A stretch of DNA of 64,000 nt from Carcharhinus amblyrhynchos (Eukaryota), in assembly GCA_965287045.1 (NCBI GenBank), contig OZ336887.1:14632001-14696000 (forward strand), given 5' to 3'. The notes under the pieces are model-generated. The model was not told where the DNA came from, made no database searches, and saw only the letters and a program-made list of their open reading frames with translations. The translations under genes were made by a program, and so were the position numbers. Below are positions 1 to 11,478 of this stretch, one piece after another; the first letter of the stretch is position 1, and each line of letters starts with the position of its first letter.

Positions 1-924
1 AGCTGTAAAAAAGTTTTGAATTTGAATCTATGGTTTGTAGGACTTCCAGCAAAAAAAAATCCAATTAGTCTGAACCTATTAGGCTCTTAGACTCAGCCAG
101 TAAAATGAGATAGGATGAATCAACTGTGCAATATGACATTATTGTTAGAAGATGTACTTTATGATAAAGTTTAATACTTATGAAGCAGATAGAACCACAT
201 GATCTTGTGAACTGCTTTGCATTGCTTGAGGAAAGGAATTTTCCAGGGTATTTATTTTCCTTATTGGCCCTGGGTTATTTCTCTATGCCTCTCCGTGGAG
301 ATTACGTGGCGGTGGGAGGTGGGTGGGAATGTGCTTAATAATGATATTCTGCTTCGAGTGGGCTTGCTGAACCTACTGCTCCTTGCCTGCCTAAAATTCA
401 GATATTTGTAGAAAATGAAATGGTTAGTACCTTTATTTTACATCTGAATTTTTCTGCTTTGAGTGTCATTAGACACTCAGAGGAAACAGTATCTTTAAAA
501 AAGCAAGCTTGGATTTCCATACATGTCTGAGATATCTATTCCAGATGAATTTAGCTCTGAAGTTTGCATCATCTAATGCAAGTGTGCAAATGCTTAATGT
601 GTGGAAGCTTTGGGTCACTAAGCTGGTAAATGAAGGCTGTGAATGCCAATACAGAGTGTGCTTTCACTTTGGGCACCTGGGAGGTATTATTGATATTAGA
701 TTGTCCTGTAAATGGCGCCACATCTGTTTCGCCTCTTGCTTAACACCAATTTTCAGAAAAGGGAATGTAACTTCTTTCAGAGCCATTCTTCAAAACATAA
801 ACTAAGCCAAGCCTGGAGAAAGGCGCAATCTTAACTTGTCATTCCTTTGTACAGGTGTTGCACCTGCCTGCTTGCTGCAAAAACCTACGATTTTGTTTAC
901 ATAGGGTGGAATTTTACGACCCCA

Positions 925-1006
925 TTGTGTCAAGAGCAGGTGGGACTTGAACCTGAAGCTTCAGGCTCAGAGGCAGGGAAACTACCCACTGCGCCACAAT
1001 ACCTCT
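925..1006 (-). mobile_element. tRNA-derived SINE head fragment
   Basis: Reverse complement has an A-box-like TGGCGCAGTGG and a B-box-like GGTTCAAGTCC. No complete cloverleaf. Confidence 0.55.
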
Positions 1007-1029
1007 TCCTTGTATTTATACGGTACCTT

Positions 1030-1475
1030 TAAAGTATTAAAATGTCCCGAGGTGCTTGCAAGGAGCATTACAAAGTAAAATTTGACACTGAGTTACATTA
1101 TGAAACATAAAAGCCTGGTGAAAGAGAGGTTTTATGGAGTGTCTTAGGAGAAGAAGCAGAAGAACAGAGATGGAGAGGTTTAGAGAAGGAATTTCAGAAT
1201 TAGGATCTCAACAGATGAAAACATGGTAAATGAAGGTGATTAAAATCGGACATGCTCAAGAAGCCGGAATTGCAGATGTGTAGATATGTTGGAAGGTTGT
1301 GAGACTTGAAGGGTTTTTAGAGGTAGAGAGTTACAAGGCTTTGATTGTGAAATGGAGTGATTGGAAAAGATGAGAATTTTAAGTGAGAACCAAAGTAAGC
1401 CAGTGAGCACAAGGATAATGGGATGGCGAATAGGATTTGGTATCACTAAGGACATGGACAGAGTTTTGGATGACT
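1030..1475 (-). mobile_element. Degraded L2/CR1-group LINE 3' fragment
   Basis: Resembles the segment at about 43920-44400 (tttgacac...gtcttaaagga...ggaattc). The minus-strand translation is a decayed LINE ORF2 tail. Confidence 0.45.
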
Positions 1476-1479
1476 TCAC

Positions 1480-2115
1480 ACCCCGCAATCCCACATTGTT
1501 GCCCCTCTGACCCCCCCACCTCCCGATCGCAGGCCTCCCAGACTTCTCCAGACAAGCCCCGATGTTCCCCTCACCCCCCTCCCTGGCAGCCCCACCCCCA
1601 GGAAACCCCCACCCGGATGCCCAGCCACAATCACCCCTTTCCTTCCCTCTACCAGCGATCCTCTGGCAGAATGGCAGTGGGAACGACTCCCGCCAATTGC
1701 ACCCAACAGGCCATCACCTCAATAGGCCCTGCCTCCTCTGGTCCCACTCCTTTGTCACTGGCATCCCCCCTTACCCTTGGCTTCCTTTGGGGGGATGGAG
1801 GGGGCCTCCATGGCCTCTGCTCCTTCCAGTGAGGTTGGGCTGCCTATTTCTCATTAATGGGGAGTGGAGTAAACCCCACTGGAGGGAACCATTCCTGGCA
1901 AGCAGGGGGGAGACACTAGCGGGCCCAGAGACTTCAGTCCTGAGCCCGTTAATGACATTGCAATTGCAATTTAATGATGACTCCTAAAAGCTTGGAGCTG
2001 GAGATGTACAGAGGCCATGGCACCCAACAGGGAGCCCGCTAAATAGGCTGTGCTGATGCCTCCCAGCTGTTGCACTGTTCGACCAGTTGCAGCAGGTTGG
2101 GAGAATCGCCCCCAG
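1480..2115. mobile_element. GC-rich non-autonomous DNA transposon fragment (PIF/Harbinger-like)
   Basis: C-rich body ending in GGGAGAATCGCCCC, the same terminus type as the element at 30817-31811. Confidence 0.5.
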
Positions 2116-3370
2116 TGGCTTTGGTCCTCATATTACATAATTAGAGAAAATGATGTTGCTTCCCCTCAGATACATTTATACAATTCATCTTGACCAGTTT
2201 GTGTGGTTGTGAGATCCACATTCTGGGGAAAGCAGTTATTCCTGAGGTATTTAATGTATTTTTTATATTGTAGATTCCCATTGTTTTGCACATTTTTTTT
2301 ATTTATGCTCTCAGGAATTTTGGAGCAGCCTGCTTTAATCTAGCCACACTCGTAAATGAAAGCAAATTTATCTGTCACAATCTCCAGCACTGGAATCCGT
2401 TTCTTTTAGAAAGTTTTAGATGTGACATTAAACGAATACTGGGGTAGTCTAGCTGAAAATCTGATTCCAAATGGTAGTCATGGCAATGTTAGCAAGAGAT
2501 CAGAGCAGCAAAATAGATTACTCTTTTAAAAGGAACCACTGGAAGGAAAAAATAAATTAGCACAGATTGTTCAGTCAAGGTCCATGCATCAAATAGCTAG
2601 TGTTTGTAATTTTAATTATAGAGTGAGCTGCTTTAAAAGGGCGCTGGCTTTGGGAAAAAAATAGGCAAAACGCTCTCCATTTGTATGCAGACATGCAGCA
2701 CAAGGTTATAAATAATATTGAAACAGACATTTAAAAATCAATTTTGCCGAGTACATCTTTGTGAAGTCTGTGCCCCTTTAGCCTTCACTTCTTCAAAACA
2801 TTGGCTTTAGGAATATAATCACCCTAAATTATTTCAGAGGTCCTGTGGGCATAATGACAAAATGTTGAAAACAATATGTTGCGATCATATTTCAGCTACT
2901 GAGCCTCTGCTAATTAATTTAAAATTTGAGGAATGTCCATTTGAGGAATGGCCATTCAAGTATGTATAATGACTGTTCTAACAAGCTATTTAGCTGTACG
3001 TTGTAATCTACAGAGGATTGGAAGTTGCTTCATAGCGTGATGAAATCTGCCCAGTATTCTGAAAGTATTTCTTGCCTCAGAAATAAAGATCGCCAGTATG
3101 TTTATCATCATGTGGCTGTTGTCCACACCAAATTTCTCTTCCACCCTGTATCTGCTGCTCATGTTCTTTATTTAATGCCTTTATTATTTTGTAACTGACA
3201 AGATGAACAGAATGCTGACATAATGGGTTGAGCTGAAAGAACGGTGGCAGATTTCACAATGTGCTCTTTCTCCTCCTGACATATTGAGTTTTCTGATACA
3301 TTAACTGATACATGATACCTATTGTCTAGCGTTACTGACTTTTGAACTTCCCATCCTCCAATGTGTTTAG

Positions 3371-3450
3371 ATGAAGATTTGTCAGATGTCAGCAGCACCA
3401 AGATGGAAACTCCTAATTCCATTAATGGCTGTGATCCTCTGAGTACAATG
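3371..3450 (+). CDS. CARD11: CARD11 coding exon (linker; equivalent of human exon 12)
   Basis: tttag|ATGAAG...ACAATG|gtaagt; 80 nt, phase 1 to 0; encodes (D)EDLSDVSSTKMETPNSINGCDPLSTM. Protein similarity is weak, but position, phases and the terminal Met fit the human exon ending ...NSFTKM. Confidence 0.75.
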
Positions 3451-3928
3451 GTAAGTAACTTTGACAGCTATTTATAACCCTCTCTAGGCGTATTTTACTT
3501 GTCTTCCACGTTTAACGCTTTGAGAATTATTCTGGCATCAAAAACAAAGATACAATAATTTGAGAAATGTTCTGATTGAACTGTCAGAGAAAAAGTATCG
3601 AATGAAAAATGTTCGTCCGTGTCTCATCTTGACTGTTTAGTGTCAGTGGAGTCTGACTAGGCATTTCAAGTATAATACATAAAGCTCAATGAAACCTGTA
3701 AGCCATGGAGAGAATTCAATCACTGCAAATTCTCCTCTGAAATGCCAGAATCACCCTGTAATTTTGGGCTTCCATAATCTTCCACCAAATATTATGCCAG
3801 CTAATCAGAAAATTAGTTGAAGAAACTGCTCAGAAACACAAGTAAGTGTAAAGTCGTGCAAACTTGCTGAAAAAACTGCTAATGGTGAGTTTGAGTAAGC
3901 AATTTTAGCGAACTCTACATTCAACATT

Positions 3929-4128
3929 AACAGAAAATGCTGGAAAATCTCAGCAGGTCTGACAGCATCTGTGGGGAGAGAATAGATGTGAGATGCCGGC
4001 ATTGGACTGGGGTAAACACAGTAAGAAGTCTTACAATATCAGGTTTAAGTCCAACCGATTTATTTGATAGTAAACTCGCAAGCTTTCAGGGTTTGCCCCT
4101 TCGTCAGGTGAACTCTCCATTCACCTGA
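3929..4128 (-). mobile_element. Penelope-like element terminal-repeat fragments with a hammerhead-like core
   Basis: acagaaaatgctggaaaatctcagcagg..., then gagatgccggcattggactggggtaaacacagtaagaagtc..., homologous to the copies at 16463 and 20348. Minus-strand CAC-CTGACGA-stem-GAAAGCTT-GCG at 4077-4110. Confidence 0.7.
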
Positions 4129-5689
4129 AAATTGGTCCTACATTATCACTGTAACAGCTCTTCAAAGGAGTACTTCATTAGCTGTGAAGTATTTTGGAAT
4201 GTTCTGAGATTAAGAAAGGTGCTAATTAAATGCAAGTTCTTTCTTTAACAATATTTAGTTCTCAAAATTTGCAAAAACTAACAGTTTCTCTGCAGATGAG
4301 ACAAGGACAGGGCATGCATTTTTTTCAATATGTTTTTCAGTACTCGAGGATAACTAAAAAGGCTATTGACTACATTAAACTAATCTTGGTGTTAGGACAC
4401 CAAGACTAATTCAGTATACAGGAAGGCCGGGTTTTTTTTATTACTTACTTGATAGTTTCTGTTCTAGTTTATGCGAATCACAAGAAAGCACCCTTAGGCA
4501 GTTTATGAAAATGGGCAACAGTCAAAGCTGACAAGCAATTAATAGTTGCTTTACAATGACAGTTCATTTATATTCTCCACTATTTGCCTTACCATTTTCC
4601 TCCTCTGTTTTGACCTCGAGGTTCTCTTCCATCTGTATTATGTTTATTATGAATAGAGAGGGCAAATGGAGAGATGAACCTCGCTGTAAAAACTGCATAA
4701 TGCAAGCATTCCTGTTGTCATAGAGATCCAAAATAAACATTGCTGACTTCACCAAATGCTTTGGCAACCAATTTGATGAGCTTGGAGTGGAAGCGAGGCC
4801 ACTTTGCAAATCAAATGGAACAATTTTATTTACTGTTAGGAATGTGTAGTGCACAAATGTAAATGGGAGCTCTTAGTGATGTCCCCTCATCCAAGCAGTT
4901 TGAATGCTCATGTCTTACCTGGTGATTTTGCTTTGATTAAGCATTGTAGTAACACCTGTAGCGCATTAAAAATTGAAAGTGAACAATTAAAAGTGGGAGG
5001 TAAATGGAATGGATGAAGTGATAATAACAGTGCATGTGCTCGTTTAATTTGAAATGATTCTCTGAACCATGATATCTCAAGCTGAACTAGAAAGTTAAAT
5101 TTTAGCCAGCTGCTTTGTCTGATGGTTGCTGTGCACTTGAGTATTACTCACGGTAGGTATCTCTCCAGAAAATTTGTTTCAGAATCCGTTTTGTCATTTT
5201 GATCTTGCCAATGTTCACTTTCATTCCAAAGTTCATGCTGCTGTTACTAGTCCTCCTACTGGTTATTGTAATCCTTCTTCTGTGCTTGCTACAAGTGCTT
5301 TGTCACTCCCTCCTTTGCTGAGCTTGGCCTCTGACAGGAGCTCCCATCTACTCTATTGATGTTTATTGGTGCTGATGCCATCCTGAGTCATTTTCTTGGC
5401 TATTTTTAGTGGTGGTTCACCTTATTCAATATTCAGAAAAAGGAAAGAACTAGACAGGTGCAAGAATTCAAGTATTGAGGAAGCATACTATCTGCAGATG
5501 GAAGGTGCAATAAAGAGATAAGGATAACAATGTGAGAATAATCCACTCCCTTTGGAATTCTAGGGAGTAGAGGACATGTGGAGCGAGGTAATTCTGGAGA
5601 CTGATAGACAGCGCACAATTGGAGCTAGCAAGGAAATGATGGTCAGGTATTTCCATCACTTGTGATTTAAACAATCAAAGTGAGGTTGT

Positions 5690-6650
5690 CCCTGATAACC
5701 CTGGCACACCTCTGCATAGCCCTGGCATCCAACAGAGCTGCCATGAGATCCCTGTCATCTCCTCCTCATATTCCACTACTTCATCATCCCCATCTGAAGA
5801 GACTAGTGGCTCTTCCATGTCCTTGATTGGCAATTCCTCACCCCTTTGCATGTTTAGCACGGCACAGCAGATATGTCAATTTTCAGACCAGTCAAGGTAT
5901 CAGAAATGCATTTGGAGCAATCCTTTGGTATGCTCTGTGACTGCCTTTGCTGAGTAGTCAACAGTGTTGCAGTGCTTTAGACGAATGCACTGGTGCCATG
6001 AGCCATGTTCTGTGGGGATCGCCCTTGTCACTCTGGATCCAGCCCTGCACTTGGGCATGGGTCTGAAATAACTGTGGTAGCTGGTAGTCCCTTGAGATGT
6101 ATGGGTCATGAGAGATCCCTGGGAAATGAGCACATGCCAGTATATTCCTTTTTTGGTGTCAGAGACTACTTGACTGTTAAGGAAGTGAAACACTAAATAG
6201 CAGCTGGCAGTTCCCAGGGAGCCCCAGTAGCCACCTCTATGGAGTTGATTCCATCCAATACCTGCGGAAACCCCACAATGGCTGCTAAGTCATTTGCTGA
6301 AATGGCTATCAGCATTTGTTGAGAATCAGATGGATCGGGTGGCTCTTGAATAGGATATTTGATACCTCTTGCATTGCACATATATGTCACAGCTTGGGAA
6401 ATATTACACATATCCCTCTTGAAGCTCTGAAATGAGCTGCTTGCAAAGAAGTTTGGAGCCACAGTTCCAAAGACACAGGATTACAGATCTTGTTGCGGAA
6501 GTACACATAGGTCAGTAAGCACTTCCCAGGAATGTCTTAGCCATCTCTGACATTGCCTGTCACACATCTGGAGATAGCTGGTGTGCGTTCTGAACACGTT
6601 CTGACATGCCAATGCTCTTCAGCCCTAGTTGGGCTCCTCCTGACATCAAT
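5690..6650 (-). pseudogene. Decayed PIF/Harbinger (HARBI1-like, DDE_Tnp_4) transposase
   Basis: Broken minus-strand frames read VFRTHTSYLQMCDRQCQRWLR, NFFASSSFQ...DMCNISQ, LAAIVGFPQVLDGINSIEVA and AKAVTEHTKGLLQMHF. This is the motif order of Harbinger transposases, with many stops and frameshifts. Confidence 0.75.
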
Positions 6651-7647
6651 CCCCCTCGGCTTGTACCTAGTTTTCTGATGAATCATCTCATCCAACACCT
6701 GAGGTTGGAAAAAATGGTTTGGTTGTGAGACCCAATGTAAATCCAGAAAATGGACCATGTGAAGAAGGCAAGTAGGCTTTTTTGACATGGCCTTCGTTCC
6801 TAGAACAGTTGCAGTTCACCAGTGGGAATGCATGGCCCTCCACAGGCTGCACCCAGAACAACTCCCATCCCACAGTAGCCTCCTCCCACAACAATCTGAT
6901 TTTTGAGCTAAATTTCCTTGCAGGACTTGATATCCAGCAAGGTGGCAGTTTCTTTGTAGCCATGTCAATGGACACTAACACTGTCACCCTGTAGCTGGAG
7001 CCCATGCACCTCCACCCTCCCTCTGTCACCCTTGAGCTTCCTCCCATCTACCTTCCCCTCACCACAATATTACCTTGCTCTTTTCCCCAATCAGCCTGGA
7101 GCATCCAACCATCACCCCTGATTCAGAACCATTAATCCACTCTCTTCCATCTTTCATCCTTACTCTAGCACCCCCACCCTCCCACCATCATCTTAGAGCA
7201 TTTGTTGTTCACCCTTTATTTTCCCTTGACCCTTCTTCAAAGGCTATTGGCCTGCCTCCTCTGAAGCTGGGCCTGCCCTGCTTTAAACTCAAGATCCATT
7301 CCTTGAACATTGACCTGCCTTGTGTGGTGCAGCTGCCTCCCGTGATCTCTGCAACAATGGGCTGTAGGCTGGAGTTTGGCTCCCTTCCGAACCTTCTCCA
7401 CAAACCACCCCCCCCCCGCCAAATATGCCAGTGCTTTGCCGTGTTGCATTAGCCCCATCCTCTTGCCAACCCAACCACTGTGCTATCTGAGGACCTGAGT
7501 GCCACGCTTTCCACTATCATTCATTCCACTATGGACTATCCCCTGGTCCTGTCCCCTGAGTTAGACAAAGATAAAACCTCACTTCAGGTCCAAAGGTTGA
7601 ACAACCTTGTCTGGTACATGCCATCTTTAAGCTATCATGAAACAGCA

Positions 7648-7780
7648 TGCATTGGCCATGCTAAATTCTCACTCAGTGTACCCGAACAGGTGCTGGAGTG
7701 TGGCGATTAGGGGATTTTCGTAGAAACTTCATAGCAGTGTTAGTGAAAGACTACTTGTGACACTAATAAATAAACTTTAA
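7648..7780 (+). mobile_element. HE1-like SINE, 3' half
   Basis: cattggccatgctaaattc...cagtgtacccgaacagg...gtgacactaataaataaacttt, shared with the copies at 11194, 36410 and 49810. Confidence 0.8.
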
Positions 7781-8500
7781 AAAATTTTTTAAACAAAAGA
7801 CACAAGTTTCCCATGTGCCAATAACCTAATCCTGAAGGAAAAACTTAATTTGGTGTGCTTCCCAATTAACGAGTATTCATGGTATGCAAATGAATGGTAA
7901 ATAGAATCCCACCACCAGGCACTGCATTGGCAGTTCTGCTGCTGGCACACTACCCACTTTGTCTCATAATGTCAACCCAATATTGAGAAGCCAAGATTTC
8001 GGCTTTCACCTAATTAAGTCCCACCCCCCCCCCCCAAACTCCAGCCCCAGCCTGTCACATTTCCCATACTTACAGGCCACACCAAATTCCACCCAGAGAG
8101 TCTGAGTATGGTGCATCTTAACAGGAAATGGACTTGAAAGCTATTTCATGGAGAGAAGATTTCAAGGAAAAAGAAGAAAAGAATATCAATGTTGGATGGC
8201 TTGAAAATTGAAGGAAGTTGTTGGCAAATAAACAAACTGGCCCAATTTAGAGAGCCTAGAAAGGCAACTATGAACCAAGGTAGATCATACATGATGATGA
8301 TGATGAATTCAATTCAGCCAACAGCAAAGAGGTGGGAATCCACCTCCATCAAGAGCTTGAAGTTATCTGAATTAGTCTATTTCAAATGAATTCACTCAAT
8401 ATCCATATTTGGGCTGGGATTCTTCAGATTGAGCCCTGCCAGTCCCTGCTAAAGAAAATGTCAGCATATGTATTCACTGGCAACATACTACCTGTGTGCT

Positions 8501-8730
8501 TGTGATGACTTCAGCCAGGCTAATAAGATTGGCTTGCTAGAGTATGAACTGCCTGATGAGTCCTAAATGATGGTTGAATCAGGAAGCCTCATGCTCCCTA
8601 TTTAAAGCAGGTGTGTCAGATTCCCAGCCTGCATTCAGCAGGGAGCAAGTGGAGAGCTGGCTGTGTACAGATGTACGGTGTAAATAAAGTATCTTGGTGA
8701 CTGGACTTTCACCCCCATGGAGTTACTGCA
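8501..8730 (+). mobile_element. Probable solo LTR (Gypsy-like)
   Basis: TGTGATG...TTACTGCA termini (TG..CA) with internal TATTTAAA then AATAAA in LTR order. Flanks gtgct/gtgtc match only partly. Confidence 0.5.
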
Positions 8731-9074
8731 GTGTCCTTGTGGCAAATTTTCATTGCATCATCGATACATCACTTAAATGTTCATTCTTCATTGTGTCTGC
8801 TTAGAACGTCAGCAGGATAGTTGGTTGCGAGGAGCCTGACATCTGCACACAAATGCTTTTTAGCAGAGAGGTCTATGGTTAATTACCAGTGACAGGAGGT
8901 CTGGTGGATTACTTCAGTATCCCAGCAACGTTTCCAACTGTAATGCTGCCGCCTTAACCTATCTGAGATTAATTCACATGCCAAAAATTAAACAACTGGA
9001 CATCAAACCCCTTGACCTTCCTGGTTTATTGACTTAAAGTGTAAGTCATTATTGTCATATTTAATAATGAGCCA

Positions 9075-9197
9075 ATACTTGCCTGGCAGGAGAGAGTCAA
9101 TGATCAGGCAGGTTGATTTCTGTGGCTAGGGGAGAGTCAATGATCAGGGTAGCCAATAAGGTTTAACTGAGGTATCACCTGCTGCAATTTTTCAAAG
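9075..9197 (+). pseudogene. U1 snRNA-like 5' segment (truncated, with an internal partial duplication)
   Basis: 9075-9120 matches vertebrate U1 nt 1-46 at 37/46 positions, ungapped. Partial second copy ggagagtcaatgatcagg at 9131-9148. Weaker U1-like similarity runs to about 9197. No Sm site or 3' stem-loop. Confidence 0.75.
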
Positions 9198-9200
9198 CCA

Positions 9201-9225
9201 TCTCGGCCTTTTGGCTAAGATAAAG
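9201..9225 (+). pseudogene. U2 snRNA 5' fragment
   Basis: TCTCGGCCTTTTGGCTAAGAT (9201-9221) is identical to U2 nt 7-27, followed by AAAG vs CAAG. Similarity ends before the branch-pairing GTAGTA. Confidence 0.8.
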
Positions 9226-9511
9226 CATCAGGTCAAGCCTTAGAAGTGCAATACCTCATTTTGTTAGCTTGGATCTTGTTTGTCTCTCTCATGGGGACCA
9301 TGAATTGGATTCAATTTAAATTTGCTTTTATGGATGGAATAAAACAATCTTTTAAGTGTTCTCATTAGTCAAGTGTTCTTTAACTAATAAAACAAAATGA
9401 ATAGACATTTTACTAAAACGAAGGTCCTCACAGCCTTCCAAAAGCAATAATGCATTCATGATTGAACAGTGCAATTCAGAGAATTTCTATAGCCTGTTTT
9501 TTGTGTTATAG

Positions 9512-9624
9512 CAAACACTGAGACCCCGATTCCCCAGTGTCATGTCAACTACTCCTGAACCACCTTGCAATGATTCAATTCTACGGAGGACTAGGGAAGA
9601 AGAACGGGAGTTGCCACATAGAAG
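9512..9624 (+). CDS. CARD11: CARD11 coding exon (linker, PKC-regulated region)
   Basis: tatag|CAA...AGAAG|gtaaga; 113 nt, phase 0 to 2; QTLRPRFPSVMSTTPEPPCNDSILRRTREEERELPHR(S) vs human [25 protein letters not shown]...PHRS. Confidence 0.93.
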
Positions 9625-11193
9625 GTAAGAGATGCCCCATTACTGGATAGGCAGCAAGTGATATTGGAGAGTTTATGACTTTATACAAATTGTCCCTGCT
9701 AAATGCTATCAGTGTACCATATCGCCAGACTATAAATCACTTTCAATTATTGTTACTACAAATTGTAAGGAGGACTATAAACCACAGGAAACACCAGCCC
9801 CTAACTATCCGCACTACACACAAATGGAGCTGGTATCACAATTGTACATCATCTTGGGATTATTTTGACACCTGCTAATCTTAAAGGGATGTTCCAGTTT
9901 CCCAAAAACCTTACAGGGCCCCATTTAGCTCTTTGCACTTTTCTCTATTTATTTCACCTTTCTCATGCTCCCAGCTGTTTTGGATATTATTTGATCCTTT
10001 TCCAACACTTTTGATTTCTCAGATTGTTGTACATTAACTTTTTTTCACAAAACCTTAGAACTTCTCACCTCCCCTGAAGCATTGCTTCAAACTGTGGAAC
10101 TTCACAATTCCCACGGAAATCACTTCACTCTACAAACAAATACAAGCTTCATACCATCTGATTCCCAAATCTTTCTTACCTCCATGTTTCTCCTTGATTG
10201 GCAATCTTGGTGGTATCCTTCATGGTGGACTTAGACCTTCCTTCCAGATGTACTAAATAATTTTTTAAAATGATATGACACAATTAATGTATGTGCTAAC
10301 ACTGACCTGCTACAGTAGATTATTCTGCTAAGCTCTGAGCAGTCATTAGGTAGATTTAACAGCTAGTTACCCATCGTAAACACTTCAGAAGACCATAGAT
10401 ATCCCTTAACTTTAAACTCAATATTAATACACTCATTAACAAATAGCAACCTTTCCCTCGGATTTGGCATGAAAAAATATAATTTAATTGATCTGCCTTT
10501 TATTAATCCCTGTTAACTGTAGATGTTTGATCTCATTATGCATCGAAGCTTTAGGACTGTTTATTGAGCTTAGTTGCAAGCTGAATTTCACTGTCAGGTT
10601 TGGATACATTCTTCTGCTGAAAATTCACGTAGATACGTCTGGTTGTCTTTTCACCATTTCCTTGTGTTCACTTTAGTGCCCATCAATATTACCGAGTGTA
10701 CAACAATAAATAATAATTAGATTTTGTACTTCTGCTTATGTTTATTTCTGACCATTCAATTTGAAATGAATTTCTTTTTATTTCATTGTCATTTTAATGA
10801 ATATTGCAGTTGTCAAGGTTGGGAAATGAAACCATGAATGAATCCATTTTTTTTGTCATTCAGTTTCAGGATCAAGTAGTCCTGAGGCTCATACAACATG
10901 GTTAGATGCAGATGAATGTTCTCATCAACAACGTGTCTTTCACGTAAGCTGAGATGAGCTGCCTCCACAGCTCCAATGTGACACCCCTGTGCAATACAAA
11001 GCATTGAATGCCAATTTAGAGATGCTTCGTACTGAATTACGGGTTAGTGTCTCACACAAATGAGCTGCAGCTGTCCATGTTCAGTTCAAGTAAAATCCTG
11101 ACAGGCAGCAGAAGAGAGATGTGCATCCCATCTGAATTCAAACTTAATTTTCAGGTGCAGAAAGAAGTTATCCTAACCCACTCCACCACCTCT

Positions 11194-11478
11194 GGGTAAC
11201 ACAGTAGTTAGCACTGCTGCCTCACCACCAGGGATCTGGTTTCGATTCCTAGCTTGGGCCACTTTCTGTGCAGAGTCTGCATATTCTCCCTGTGTTGGCG
11301 TGGGTTTCATTCAGGTACTCCAGTTTCCTCCCACACTCCAAAAGACGTTTTGCTTAGGTGCATTGGCCATGTAAAGTTCTCTCTGTGTACCTGAACAGGC
11401 ACCAGAGTGTGGTGACTAGGGGATTTTCACAGTAATTTCATTGCAGTGTTAAGCCTACTTGTGACAAAATACAAAAAA
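11194..11478 (+). mobile_element. HE1-like tRNA-derived SINE
   Basis: Head cagtagttagcactgctgcctcac...ggtttcgattcc, V-SINE-like body, tail gggattttcacagtaatttcattgcagtg. Confidence 0.85.

Noticed and set aside
855-905. Possible upstream CARD11 exon (acag|GTG...AGG|gtgga)
   Set aside because: It ends in phase 0 whereas the exon at 3371 needs phase 1. The donor is poor and there is no similarity to CARD11.
925-1006. tRNA gene
   Set aside because: It has A and B boxes but no coherent acceptor stem or cloverleaf. This and similar heads are SINE-derived.
2315-2351. Possible exon after a pyrimidine tract (tcag|GAA...CTC|gtaaat)
   Set aside because: In-frame TAA in the frame needed to join the next exon.
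4564-4854. Minus-strand ORF with an acidic tail (MEENLEVKTEEENGK)
   Set aside because: No domain similarity and no supporting exon chain. It is explained by a pyrimidine-rich plus strand.
6660-7630. Overlapping ORFs next to the Harbinger remnant
   Set aside because: Probably decayed transposon sequence, but I could not recognise any motif, so no call is made.
8553-8585. Hammerhead core at CTGATGAG
   Set aside because: No stem II followed by GAAA. It lies within a probable LTR.
9075-9225. Functional U1 or U2 snRNA gene
   Set aside because: Both parts are truncated: no Sm site, no 3' stem-loops, no U2 branch-pairing sequence, and no evident PSE.
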